Source: an uncultured Phycisphaerales bacterium (GTDB lineage: Bacteria > Planctomycetota > Phycisphaerae > Tepidisphaerales > Tepidisphaeraceae). From it: a stretch of DNA of 64,000 nucleotides. Under the pieces are notes generated by a model. The model ran no database searches. It was not told the DNA's origin and saw only the letters and a program-made list of their open reading frames with translations. The number at the start of each line of letters is the position of its first letter. The stretch's first letter is position 1. The position numbers and the translations under genes are program-made. The stretch is from the NCBI GenBank assembly GCA_963755915.1, contig CAVWLP010000003.1:640001-704000 (forward strand). The letters run 5' to 3'. Of this stretch, positions 21,633-32,157 are shown piece after piece.

Positions 21633-22611
21633 TCACCTTGGCACCGGCCCCATTCCCCTGTCCCGGCACAATTCCCCCGGCGCATTCAGCGCATCCACCG
21701 CCTTCACTTCCTCCGCCGTCAGTTTCACATTCAGCGCCCCCATATTGTCCTGCAATTGCTCCACCGTTCTCGGCCCAATTATTGGACACGTCACCCCCGC
21801 AACCTGCAAACACCACGCAATCGAAAACTGGCTAGACGAAATCCCATGCGTATCCGCCAGTTTGTCCACCCCTTCCATCACTGGCCACTGGCTCGCCGGA
21901 AAGTCCGTCTTCCCCTGCGCCTTATACCATGACCCTTCCGGAATCTTCCGCCCGCCACGCGTATACGCCCCCGCCAATCGCCCGCGCGCAGCGGCGCCCA
22001 GGTAATCGTCGCGATTTCATACTTCTGGCAAAATGGCAGCACTTCCGCCTCAATTCGCCGGTCGATGATATTGATCTGCGGCTGCTCCACATCAAACCGC
22101 ACCGTCCCCAGCTCGCGCGCAAAAAATGCGCCTCCGCCAGTTGCCACGCCGCGAAAACGCTGCTGGCCAGATAAAGCACCTTCCCCTGGCGCACCAAATC
22201 ATCAAGCGCCCGCAATGTCTGATCGATCGGCGTATCCGGATCGGGCCGGTGAATGTGGTACACATCGATCCGCTCGGTATTGAGCCTCCGCAGAGACTCC
22301 TCCACCTCGCGCACGATATGCCAGCGATGGTTCCCCGCATCGTTAATGTTCGGCGACCGCCGGCCATGCACTTTCGTGGAGAGCACGATCCGATCCCGCG
22401 TCCCCCGCTCCTTCATCCATTGACCGATGACCTCCTCCGATTTTCCGTCGTTGTAAACATTGGCCGTGTCGATGAAGTTCCCGCCAAGCTCCAGATAATT
22501 GTCCAGGATTTTTTTCGACTCGGCCGCGGAGCTTCTCCCGCCGAAGTTCATGGTGCCAAGACAGAGCGGGGTAACTTTTACGCCGGTTCGGCCGAGAATG
22601 CGGTATTGCAT
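21633..22611 (-). CDS. Aldo/keto reductase (2 frameshifts)
   Basis: LCLGTMNFG, FIDTANVY, SLRRLNTERIDVYHIH, PIIGPRTVEQL. Confidence 0.88.
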
Positions 22612-22634
22612 GCTTATCCTTCAAAAAACGTCGC

Positions 22635-22832
22635 CTACTTCGCAATGCGCCGGCGTCGATTATCAGGCTTTTTCATTTTCAATCCAAGCTCGCGCCCCAA
22701 CTGCTGAATCGCAAGCCGCGATTGCTCCGCAAGCTTCCGGACATCGCCGCCCGCCTCGCGACTGAGTCGGTCTCGAATTTTGCGCACATCGTCGACGGCG
22801 GTTTTTTCCGATCTTTTCTTGGACTTAGTCAT
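22635..22832 (-). CDS. Small basic protein downstream of the PIN gene; candidate antitoxin
   Basis: GGAG before start; AVDDVRKIRDRLSREAGGDVRKL. Confidence 0.55.
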   Translation of the reverse strand: MTKSKKRSEKTAVDDVRKIRDRLSREAGGDVRKLAEQSRLAIQQLGRELGLKMKKPDNRRRRIAK

Positions 22833-22842
22833 TGCCAATCTC

Positions 22843-23304
22843 CTACAACATATCCGGCGTCACCAGCAATGGCGGCGTCAGGCCTACCCGAGCGCAAATC
22901 ACCGAAAAATTAATGCGCTTATTCGGATTAGCCAGATGTTTCACATTCCATGTCATCAGATAATCCATTCGATGAACGGCCGCGACGGCCACGTGAAGCG
23001 CATCTCCGGCAACTGCCGGTGACGGCATCACGCGCTCATCCACCAACAGTTGACCGAATTGTATCACCTCTTCCGTGATTTCAAGCGCACTGAGGTTTCG
23101 CAGCATTTCAAGTGCCTTGGCGCGACCTTTGAAGTCGGGATGAGAAAGCTCTTTCACAACTTCGGAAGAGATGAAAAGATCGAACGTGGACGCCTCGTTA
23201 TTCCACCAAAGGTTCGTCGACTCGCGCCACCCTCGGTTACGAGCCCCCGAACGCGTGCTCACACTCACACTGAAAAAACTGGTTTCGAGGTAGACCCTTA
23301 CCAT
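22843..23304 (-). CDS. PIN-domain (VapC-like) protein
   Basis: VYLETS, SEVVKEL, DALHVAVA, DYLMTWNVKHLAN; own ATG at 23304 with TATTTT 6 nt upstream. Confidence 0.85.
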   Translation of the reverse strand: MVRVYLETSFFSVSVSTRSGARNRGWRESTNLWWNNEASTFDLFISSEVVKELSHPDFKGRAKALEMLRNLSALEITEEVIQFGQLLVDERVMPSPAVAGDALHVAVAAVHRMDYLMTWNVKHLANPNKRINFSVICARVGLTPPLLVTPDML

Positions 23305-23339
23305 GAAATTAAAATACCAGAAGATCCCGCGCACTACGG

Positions 23340-24987
23340 CTAAATCCTGCGCCAGCAAAAACGTCCGATCATCCGTGATCGGCGACGCCCCGCGCGTCTC
23401 GTCCAATTCTTTCGTCAGCTCATCCCGAAGCTGGCTGAGTGGAATCTCGGGATTCGCCGCATAGAGCGAGCCAATCTGCTTCTTGACGCCTTCAACGCCC
23501 AGCATTTTCCCCTCGGCATCGTACATTTCCGTCACCCCGTCGGTGTACAGGTAAAGCAGCTCCCCAGGCTTCAGCTCGTCGGAGTCGATGAAAGGACTTG
23601 TAGGCAAAACCCCCAGCGGCGGATTGTTGCCGTAATTCAACTCGCGCACTTCGCCAGACCGGCTGGCAATGAAAATCGGCGGATGCCCCGCGTTGAGATA
23701 TTCGACCATGCCCGTCGCCGGATCGAACAAAACCGCCAGGAGCGTCAGATGGCTTTGCCGATCCATCGAATTGATTAGAAACTGGTTGAGGTCCTGCGCC
23801 ATCTCAGAAAGCGACTCGCCGGAACGAATCGAACGGTCCACAACGCTGTGAACGCCCGTCGCCACCATCGCCGCCGGCAATCCCTTCCCAGAAACATCCG
23901 CCACAACCAGCGCAACCTTCCCGCTGGGAGCGCTGACGACGTTCGCATAATCCCCCCCGATCCACAGACACGGCTCAAACCCGATGGCAACTTCCAACCC
24001 CGGCGCCGTCGGATCGCGCGACACCAGCGACAACTGGATCTTTCGCGCCCGCTGAAGCTCGTTCTGAATCACCGTGTTGTTTTGGGTATTTTTTCGCGCT
24101 TCGATCTGAAGCTCCGCCTTTTTGTATTGCTCCGCCGCGAGGGTAAGCAGCGCAAGCCGCTCGAGCGTGCCAAATTCATGCGGAACCGTCGCATAGAGCA
24201 CATCGGCGACACTCGACTCCACGCGCAGCGGGCACGCGATGATCGCCGTAACCCCTCGCTCCGCGTCCGAAAAGGTAACGGTAAGCCCGCTCGAAATCGC
24301 CCCACCCGCCAGCACCGGCTGCTGCCCGTCAATCGCGGCCTGCACGACCGTCCGCGAAATTCCTGCCGGCACCGCGCATCCGACCCGAAGCTGATATGGG
24401 CACAAAAGCTGCGGCCCCGCCCCACCATCGCGCCCCACACGCAACGCCACCGCGGAATCGCAGCTCATCCCCTCCCCCACAAGGCTCTGGCAAAGCTCCA
24501 AAAGCCGCCGATTCGAATCGGCAATCTCCATCAGGTGCGACCCCAGCGCGTTCACCTTGGCCAGATTCGATGCATTAATCCTCCGCGCCGGCGAAGACGA
24601 AAGCGTCCGAAAATCCGTCGACTGCGGCTCCTCGTGCGACCACGTCGTCGATCGCGCCGCCCCCGTCGCCGTCTCCATCGACGGCCACAGAATCCGCATC
24701 TGAAACTGCCCGATTTCAATCAAATCGTCATGCTTCAGCGGCCGTTCCGTAACGATCTCCCCATTCACCCGCGTGTGATTCCGGCTCTCCAGATCGCGAA
24801 TCGTCCATTGCCCCGCCTCATCGCACGAAATCTCCGCATGCCGCCGCGAAATCCGCTGGCTCTCCAGCGGAATATCGCACTCCGAATGCCGCCCCACCAC
24901 GATCGGCGAACTCTTCATCTCATGCCGGCTCGTCTGCCCCTGCGGCGACATGATTTCGAGGATGGGAAATTCCGGCGCTTCCGACAT
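23340..24987 (-). CDS. FHA-GAF-SpoIIE/PP2C protein phosphatase
   Basis: VGRHSECDI..ISRRHA..DLESRNHT (FHA); GGDY, ADVSGKG, NAGHPP, YTDGVTE, DDRT. Confidence 0.88.
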
Positions 24988-25139
24988 GACGCCGCAAATA
25001 ATAGACCCACGCGCACCGGAAAGAAACGTCGATCTCCCTCCAACGCCCCACACCGGGAATGAGCCGGGCCGTCCCCGGCCCGTTCCCCCCGGATCCTTTT
25101 GGCATTCGGCATTCGAACTTCCCCCGTTATATTTCCCCC

Positions 25140-25562
<423 letters not shown>

Positions 25563-25617
25563 GGGTGTGAGCAGGAGCGTCCGCCCGTCACGCCTCACGG
25601 GATGCTAGAATAACGGG

Positions 25618-26013
25618 ATGGCGTCTTCGGCAATCGATAAATGGCTCTGCGCATTTCCTCTGGACGGATGGATCAGAGATCATGTCGCGGCTGTCGTCGA
25701 GAATCTACCGAGTGAGGTTAGGGCCGATCTGATGAATGATCCGGAATTTGTGGTATACGATTTCGATCCTGGGCCGCATGCGGTGATGGAGGTGCCGGTG
25801 CGATTCAGCTGCGGGGGCAAACCAGGCCGTTCCATTGTTCTCAAGCGAACGATCAAGCAGAAGCCCATTCCGTTCGTGAGATGGGTGATCGCCCATGAGT
25901 TCGCGCACGTCTACCTCCGGCATGGAGGCCGCTGGCCTGATGAAGACCCGGAGCACGCGGCAGATTCGCTGGCTGCGGCATGGGGATTTCCGAAGCCCGA
26001 TAAGAGGCTGTGA
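25618..26013 (+). CDS. Small HExxH zincin-like protein
   Basis: VIAHEFAHVYL and downstream EHAAD..AAAWGF. Confidence 0.65.
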   Translation: MASSAIDKWLCAFPLDGWIRDHVAAVVENLPSEVRADLMNDPEFVVYDFDPGPHAVMEVPVRFSCGGKPGRSIVLKRTIKQKPIPFVRWVIAHEFAHVYLRHGGRWPDEDPEHAADSLAAAWGFPKPDKRL

Positions 26014-26158
26014 CGGTTGAACACCGGCTTTCCATGCCAGTATTGCTTGGAAACTTCCGGGGGACGCGACTGGCTTTCTACATCAAATTCGCCCGAAGCG
26101 GCCTAAAAGAGAGCGGTTTCTTGACGCCTCCCCCCATTTCGTATCCAATTCCCGCCCT

Positions 26159-27052
26159 ATGGCCAAGGCTCGTGCGATCGTCAAGCGCCGCAAAGCGGTG
26201 CGGAACATCAAGAAGATCACCAAGACCATGCAGATGATCGCCACGGCGAAATTCCAGAAATCGCTTAAGCGCACCGTCGGAACCAAGGTCTATTCCAACA
26301 AGGTCCGCGAACTGGTCGCCGAAGTCGCCCGCAGCATCGGCGATATCTCCCATCCGCTCCTCCGCCGGCCCGGCGAAAACGACCCCGGCGAAGTCGCCCT
26401 GCTCGTCATCACCAGCAACCGCGGCCTCGCCGGCGCGTACAACGGCAGCGTCCTGCGAACCGCCACCCACTTCATCAGGGAGCAAGAGGCGAAGGGCAAA
26501 AAAATTGACCTCTTTGTCGCCGGCAAAAAAGGCATCAGCTATTTCAACTTCCAGCGCCGCCCGATTGTCCAGCGCATCGATCTCGGCGACGCCCCCAAGT
26601 TCGAAGACGTCGAAAAAGTCGCCTTGGACTTCATTGCGAAATTCACCACCTCCAAATACGCCGCCGTCCACGTCGTCTACATGAACTTCATCAGCGCCGG
26701 CGTCCAGAAACCCGAAGTGATGACCCTCCTCCCCCTCGCCGGCGTCGATGCGAAAAAGCCTGACCACAGAGAAGGCGGCTTCAAGATCAACGCCATTTAC
26801 GATTTCGTCCCCGACGCCCAGACCCTCCTCGACGAGCTACTTCCCCAGACCGTCAAGACGGCCCTCTTCCAGGCTTTCCTCGACGCCACCACCAGCGAGC
26901 ACGTGGCCCGCATGATCGCGATGAAGAGCGCCACCGACAACGCCGACAAGATGGTTAAGTCCCTGACCATGCGATACAACCGCGCCCGGCAGAGCCAGAT
27001 TACGACCGAGCTGTCGGAAATCATGGGTGGCGTTGAGGCGATGGAATCCTAA
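26159..27052 (+). CDS. atpG: F1 ATP synthase gamma subunit
   Basis: KITKTMQMIA, TSNRGLAGAYN, SEHVARMIAMKSATDNA, YNRARQSQITTEL. Confidence 0.96.
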   Translation: MAKARAIVKRRKAVRNIKKITKTMQMIATAKFQKSLKRTVGTKVYSNKVRELVAEVARSIGDISHPLLRRPGENDPGEVALLVITSNRGLAGAYNGSVLRTATHFIREQEAKGKKIDLFVAGKKGISYFNFQRRPIVQRIDLGDAPKFEDVEKVALDFIAKFTTSKYAAVHVVYMNFISAGVQKPEVMTLLPLAGVDAKKPDHREGGFKINAIYDFVPDAQTLLDELLPQTVKTALFQAFLDATTSEHVARMIAMKSATDNADKMVKSLTMRYNRARQSQITTELSEIMGGVEAMES

Positions 27053-27142
27053 TGCCGAATGGCAAGTCGTCAATCCGAATCGAGAATGCCTAATCCCAGA
27101 ACGCTGAATTTTACATTTTTTTACGTTTTTTTACGTTTTAGA

Positions 27143-28665
27143 CAATAGTGTCCGGAACGCAGGCTCACAAATAACACAATCTTGCGCTTGCGCGAAGCAG
27201 CGTTTTGTGGTTCACTGCCGCCACGTGCACGCGGACCTTTGCCCAGCTTCTGGATTGCCCGCCAAGCCGGGACGAAAGCCGCGGCCGGCGGTGCGGGGGG
27301 AGGATTTGTTCGGCGGCAAGTACGTCGGTATTTTGCAGGATCATCTGGCCCGCCTGCGGGCGGCGCATCCCCACCCCAATCGCACGCTTTTTTATGACGA
27401 TGTGACCCTTGCCTATCTGCTGGCGTTTTTCACGCCGGCGATTCGCAGCCTGCGGACGATGGAGGATTTCAGCCAGACCGAGCAGATGCAGGAGCAGCTT
27501 TCGGTCGATCGCCTGCCGCGTTCCACGCTTTCCGATGCCAACGCCCTGTTCGATCCGACGCTGCTGGAGCCGATCATCGAGGAGTTGCGGGCGCGGCTGC
27601 CGCACCTGCGTCACGGCGATCCGAAGCTGGCGGAGTTGACCGAGCGGGTACGGGTGGTGGATGGGTCGCTGTTCACCGTTGCCGCCGACGTGGCCTGGGC
27701 GCTGCATCAAAGTCGACCCAACGGAAAGCCCATGGACACGATTCGCCTGAATCTTCAATGGGCGGCGGGCGTGGGGGTTCCCGAGGGAGTGACGATCAGC
27801 GGCGCGGGATGCTCCGAGGCGCAGGCGCTGATGCAGTCCCTGGAGCCGGGACAGATTTACGTCATGGACCGCGGCTACGTCTGTTTCGAGCTGCTGGAGC
27901 GGATCGTACATGCCTGCAGCGATTTTGTGCTCCGGCTCAAGTCAAACAACTATTTCATTCCCATCGAAAACAATGACTTGACCCCCAAGTCCCTGCCGCT
28001 GAGCGATGAAGACCGCGCTGCCGGCATTCTCAGCGACCGGATCGGATACCTGGGCTCAGAAGGGCCACGCTTTGCTCCTCCGGCGGGAAAATGGCTTCGG
28101 GAAGTGACGATCTTCGACCCGGACAAACCCGACAGGCCCCTGCGGCTGCTGACCAATCTTCTTAACATTCCCGCCCATGTCATCGGTCTGCTCTACCGCT
28201 GGCGATGGAAGATCGAGCTGTTTTTCCGCTGGCTGAAAGTGCACGCCCACTTCCGCCATCTCACCAGCCACAGCAAAAACGGCGTCACCACCGGGTTCTA
28301 CATCGCGGTCATCGGGGTGCTGTTGATCTATCTGCACACGCAGCGTCCGGTGAGCAAATATGCCTACGCGATGCTGAGCCTGGTCGCCGCGGGAGGGGCC
28401 ACGTTGCAAGAGATTATTCCCATCCTGCAGCGCCGAGAACGGGAATGCGAGCTGCAGCGTCAGCGTGTGGCACGGAAGAAGGCTGAAAAAATCGTCAAGT
28501 AAGTCACCGGGGGTTTTTGTTGTCCGGCCGCCGGTGAACGCCGCGGCATGCGCTGCAGGAGCAGCGCTGAACCTTCCACGCCGTTGCCCATCGAGGCAAC
28601 GCAGCCTTTCGAGTGAAAACCCGAAAAATCCCAGCTCTAAGACGCGGAAGTCCCGGACAATATTG
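27143..28665 (+). mobile_element. IS4-family insertion sequence, 1523 bp
   Basis: Terminal inverted repeats CAATAGTGTCCGGAAC / CAATATTGTCCGGGAC (14 of 16 match); 9-bp direct repeat CGTTTTAGA at 27134-27142 and 28666-28674. Confidence 0.93.
27207..28502 (+). CDS. IS4-family DDE transposase
   Basis: VVDGS, MDRGY, YRWRWKIELFFRWLK (YREK motif). Confidence 0.93.
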   Translation: MVHCRHVHADLCPASGLPAKPGRKPRPAVRGEDLFGGKYVGILQDHLARLRAAHPHPNRTLFYDDVTLAYLLAFFTPAIRSLRTMEDFSQTEQMQEQLSVDRLPRSTLSDANALFDPTLLEPIIEELRARLPHLRHGDPKLAELTERVRVVDGSLFTVAADVAWALHQSRPNGKPMDTIRLNLQWAAGVGVPEGVTISGAGCSEAQALMQSLEPGQIYVMDRGYVCFELLERIVHACSDFVLRLKSNNYFIPIENNDLTPKSLPLSDEDRAAGILSDRIGYLGSEGPRFAPPAGKWLREVTIFDPDKPDRPLRLLTNLLNIPAHVIGLLYRWRWKIELFFRWLKVHAHFRHLTSHSKNGVTTGFYIAVIGVLLIYLHTQRPVSKYAYAMLSLVAAGGATLQEIIPILQRRERECELQRQRVARKKAEKIVK

Positions 28666-28847
28666 CGTTTTAGAAGAAATGATTAGTATGTACTAGTTTA
28701 TCGAGACGATGATAAGTCTGTTTGGGGCAATTGGTTGGGCTGGATCGGGGTTAATCATTCAGAAAAACTCGGCCAGGGGATGTAACATGAGACCGCGACT
28801 TCAGGACCGCCATTGATCTCTACGCAACTGCTGGGAGAAAACATGCT

Positions 28848-28925
28848 TTTCTTGGCGCTCTTGGCGTCTTGAGCGAAGCGGGCGGTTATAAGATTTTTAA
28901 CCGCCACGCGAAGGGCGCCAAGAAA
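28848..28925. repeat. Palindromic repeat family A, degenerate copy
   Basis: CTTGGCG-based arms and the same TAAGATTTT loop as 50773-50845, plus a 10-bp insert. Confidence 0.8.
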
Positions 28926-28930
28926 AGAGG

Positions 28931-30142
28931 TTACTCATCCCCGCCATCATTCTGCGCCGCCAGCACTTCCGCCGGATCCTTCGGCGTCTCGTCCGGCAGC
29001 CGGAACTGGGAGCGATACGACGTCGGCGTCGTCCCCACCAGGGCCCGGAAAACCTGCGACAACTGCTTCGCCTCCGAAAACCCCGACCGCCGGGCGACGA
29101 TCGGCATCGGCAAATCCGTGCTCGATAGAAGCTGCTTGGCCAGGTCCACCCGTACCCGGCGGATCTCTTCCAGCGGACTGCGCCCCAGGACTTTTCGGAA
29201 TTTCCGCTCCAGCGACCGCCGCTGCACCGGCAGCGCCAGCAGCAGCTCGCGCACGCCGATCCATTCGCCTGCATGCGCCAGAATAAACCGCAGGGCGTTG
29301 GCCACATCGGGGTCGCGCACGGAAACATTGTCCGTCGATTCGCGTGGGATGACGCTGGAGACCTGGATCACTCGATGCCGCTCGGCCGGGCGTTTGCCGC
29401 TGATCAGCGTCGCCAGCAGGTCGGCCGCTTCAAACCCCACCCGCTCGGCGGGCAATGCCACGCTGCTCAGCGCCGGGCTGGAAAGCCCGCAGATCACCGG
29501 ATCATTGCCGCACCCCAGAACCGAAACCACTCCCGGCACGCGAACCGACGCCGACCGGCACGCATCCACCACCATGCGCCCCAGCCCATCATTCATCGCA
29601 AATATCCCCGCCGGCTTTGGCAGCGATTCGATCCATTGCGCCAGCGCGGCAAACGCCGCCGAGTCGATTTCCTCCGGCACCTCATGCTTGGAAATTTTCG
29701 TGAACCCGTCGACCGAAAGGCGATCGGCGAACCCGCTGAACCGCACCTTCGAATCATTCCGATCGGCATAGCCGACAAATCCAAAATGCCGCATCTGCCG
29801 CTCGAGAAAATGGCTCGCCGCCAGCGAGCCGATCATTTTGTCATCGCAGGCCACGGTGAGAAGATCAGGCTCATTGAGGGCGGATGAGATGCTCACGCAG
29901 GGAATGGAGAGGGACTCAAACCGCTGAGCCTGCTCCTCCGATTCAATCAGGGCAACCACCCCGGCACACTCCGCCCCCGACCAGTTCGACTCCTTCAGGC
30001 CCACCGCCCCGTTCCTCTGAACCGGAGCATCGGCCAGAATCCAATTGGTGGTGGCTGCAAACCGGATAATTCCCTGAATAACCCCCCGGCCATATTCAAT
30101 GTCGGTGGGCACGCTAAGCAGAATGGATGCCGATTTGCGCAT
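28931..30142 (-). CDS. XylR-type regulator (periplasmic-binding-like domain plus AraC HTH)
   Basis: YGRGVIQGI, PALSSV, VQRRSLERKFRKVLGRSPLEEIRRVR. Confidence 0.9.
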   Translation of the reverse strand: MRKSASILLSVPTDIEYGRGVIQGIIRFAATTNWILADAPVQRNGAVGLKESNWSGAECAGVVALIESEEQAQRFESLSIPCVSISSALNEPDLLTVACDDKMIGSLAASHFLERQMRHFGFVGYADRNDSKVRFSGFADRLSVDGFTKISKHEVPEEIDSAAFAALAQWIESLPKPAGIFAMNDGLGRMVVDACRSASVRVPGVVSVLGCGNDPVICGLSSPALSSVALPAERVGFEAADLLATLISGKRPAERHRVIQVSSVIPRESTDNVSVRDPDVANALRFILAHAGEWIGVRELLLALPVQRRSLERKFRKVLGRSPLEEIRRVRVDLAKQLLSSTDLPMPIVARRSGFSEAKQLSQVFRALVGTTPTSYRSQFRLPDETPKDPAEVLAAQNDGGDE

Positions 30143-30392
30143 AATGGTTCGTCGAAACTGAAAAACTGACTACTTAGGCGAGGCCGCGAAAGGTTACCTG
30201 AATTGCCCGGATCGTTCAATGAAAAAGCCGCAATTTGCGAACCGACTTGGCGTTTTTGAGGTTACCGTCTGGTTAGGCTGGGAAATTCGGGCTCACCGCG
30301 GAGAAAACGGATAATTGCGGCAGGATGGGGGGCTCTAGATTGCCGGCATTAACCAATATGCGAGGCAACTGGCTCGACGCTAGAATGGGTCA

Positions 30393-30524
30393 ATGCTTTT
30401 TGCCGTTGGGGTGGCCCTTTTTCTGCTCCTGATCGTGGTCGGATGGATCGTCATTCGTCTGGCGATGAGGGACCGCAATGATGCCAATGGGTGGAATTGC
30501 AATAATGGCGGATGGATTGGGTGA
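30393..30524 (+). CDS. 43-aa single-TM small protein (not in ORF track)
   Basis: MLFAVGVALFLLLIVVGWIVIRLAMRDRNDANGWNCNNGGWIG; TAGAAT 6 nt upstream. Confidence 0.5.
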   Translation: MLFAVGVALFLLLIVVGWIVIRLAMRDRNDANGWNCNNGGWIG

Positions 30525-30644
30525 ATCAGCGGTAGGTTCACTGCTTTTGTGACGGCGGCACATAAACCTAAGGCCCTGCACATTTACTAAATGGTCCGAA
30601 GCGGCATAAGCGCAATGCCGAGGCAACTGAGTTTTTGCATTGAG

Positions 30645-30675
30645 TCTCTGCGATCTCAGCGCTCTCGCCGGTGAA
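30645..30675 (-). repeat. Repeat family B copy
   Basis: Reverse complement matches 50706-50736 at 26 of 31 nt. Confidence 0.6.
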
Positions 30676-30685
30676 GCATCCGGAT

Positions 30686-31644
30686 TCAAGGATACGGTGC
30701 CGCCTTTGGCTGGTCCCCTGGAAGCTGGAGAGACCCGATAAGCTGGCTAAGATTCGGCAGGCTGTTCCTTTGCATGTAGTCGGTCAACCCCTCCAGAATC
30801 TTGTTCGGCGCGGAAGGATCGACAAACAGCGCCGTCCCCACCCCCACCCCCGTAGCCCCGGCCAGGATAAACTCCAAAGCATCGGTCCAAAACTGAATCC
30901 CCCCCATCCCGATGATCGGCACGCCAGCCGGCTTGGCCACCGTACGGTACACCCGGCTCACCATATGCAGGGCGATCGGCTTAATCGCCGGCCCCGAAAG
31001 GCCCCCGGTCACATTCGCCAGCCGCGGGCGCTTTTTGTTAAAATCGATCGCCATCGCCGTGAAGGTATTAATCATCGAAAGGACCTGCGCCCCCCCATCG
31101 ATCGCCGCCCGCGCCGTCGCGGTAATGTCATCCACATTCGGCGAAAGCTTCACGATCAAAGGCTTCCTTGGCAGCGCCTTTTTCACCACCCCAATCAACT
31201 CCTTGAGCCTTCCCGGATTGGTCCCAAACGTCAGCCCATCCTTCACGTTCGGGCACGACACGTTCAACTCAACGGCCGCCGCACAATCCAGATCGTTCAT
31301 GGCGGCGCAAGTTTCGGCGTAATCGTCATAGCTATGCCCCGCCACGTTCACAATGATCGGGCAGGGCATCTTCCGCAGCAGCGGCACCTTTTCCACCAGA
31401 AAACGGTTTAACCCGACATTCGCCAGGCCGATGGCATTGAGCATTCCCGCCCGTGTTTCGACAATGCGTGTGGGCTCATTTCCTGGCGCTCTTCGCGCGT
31501 AATCGACTTGGTGACGAACGCCCCGAGCCTGGAGAGGTCCATAAAATCGGCATATTCGAAGGCGTAGCCGCTCGTGCCCGAGCAGGTCATAATGGGGTTG
31601 GAAAGTTTCAGACCCGCGAGATTGACGGAAAGATCGAAAGCCAT
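30686..31644 (-). CDS. pyrD: Dihydroorotate dehydrogenase family 1B catalytic subunit (frameshift near 31480)
   Basis: SGTSGY, TKSIT, MLNAIGLAN, ELNVSCPNV, GGLSGPAIKP. Confidence 0.93.
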
Positions 31645-31691
31645 ATTTCCCATTGCCGATTTCCTATTGTCTATTAGAAGAAGCACATTGA

Positions 31692-31767
31692 AGTGCCGCC
31701 GGTGTCCTCACCGGCGGATTCAGGTTGGTCGCAAGTCGATTCCGCCGGTGAGGACACCGGCGGCACT
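31692..31767. repeat. REP-like inverted doublet
   Basis: Perfect 27-bp inverted repeat (31692-31718 / 31741-31767); each arm is itself a hairpin. Confidence 0.85.
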
Positions 31768-31809
31768 AGATGCCGTCTTAGACAGGAAACAGGCAATTGG
31801 CAATCCATT

Positions 31810-32094
31810 TCATTCCCCATACACCTTATGCCTCGGCCTCCCGCGCAGGATTTCCGCTTTGCCCCAACTGGTAACCTGCCGAAAGGCGTCGCTGTGGATG
31901 AAGTCTTCGAAATCTTTCTTCGCCGACCAGTTGCTGAGAATCAAAAACGACCCGGCTGACGAGACATCCTCATAAAGATGCGAATCGACATGCCCGGGGA
32001 TGGTTTTCAGGTGGTCGATGACCTTCAGGAACCCCTCCTTGAACTCATCTTCCTTGCCGGGGATGACGTCGTAGTGCATGCCGATGGTGGTCAT
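31810..32094 (-). CDS. Antibiotic biosynthesis monooxygenase (ABM) domain protein
   Basis: YDVIPGKEDEF..PGHVDSHLY..SNWS..F..SDAF. Confidence 0.85.
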   Translation of the reverse strand: MTTIGMHYDVIPGKEDEFKEGFLKVIDHLKTIPGHVDSHLYEDVSSAGSFLILSNWSAKKDFEDFIHSDAFRQVTSWGKAEILRGRPRHKVYGE

Positions 32095-32157
32095 ATCCGC
32101 CGCAAAATACCGGAGCCGATATGAATGGGCAAATTAGACCCCGCGGACGCTCCTGTC

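Noticed and set aside
22843-25053. FHA-PP2C-PIN fusion
   Set aside because: PP2C ends at its usual DDRT motif with an out-of-frame TAG nearby, and PIN has its own ATG and -10-like box. Probably an indel artefact; reads are needed to exclude a real fusion.
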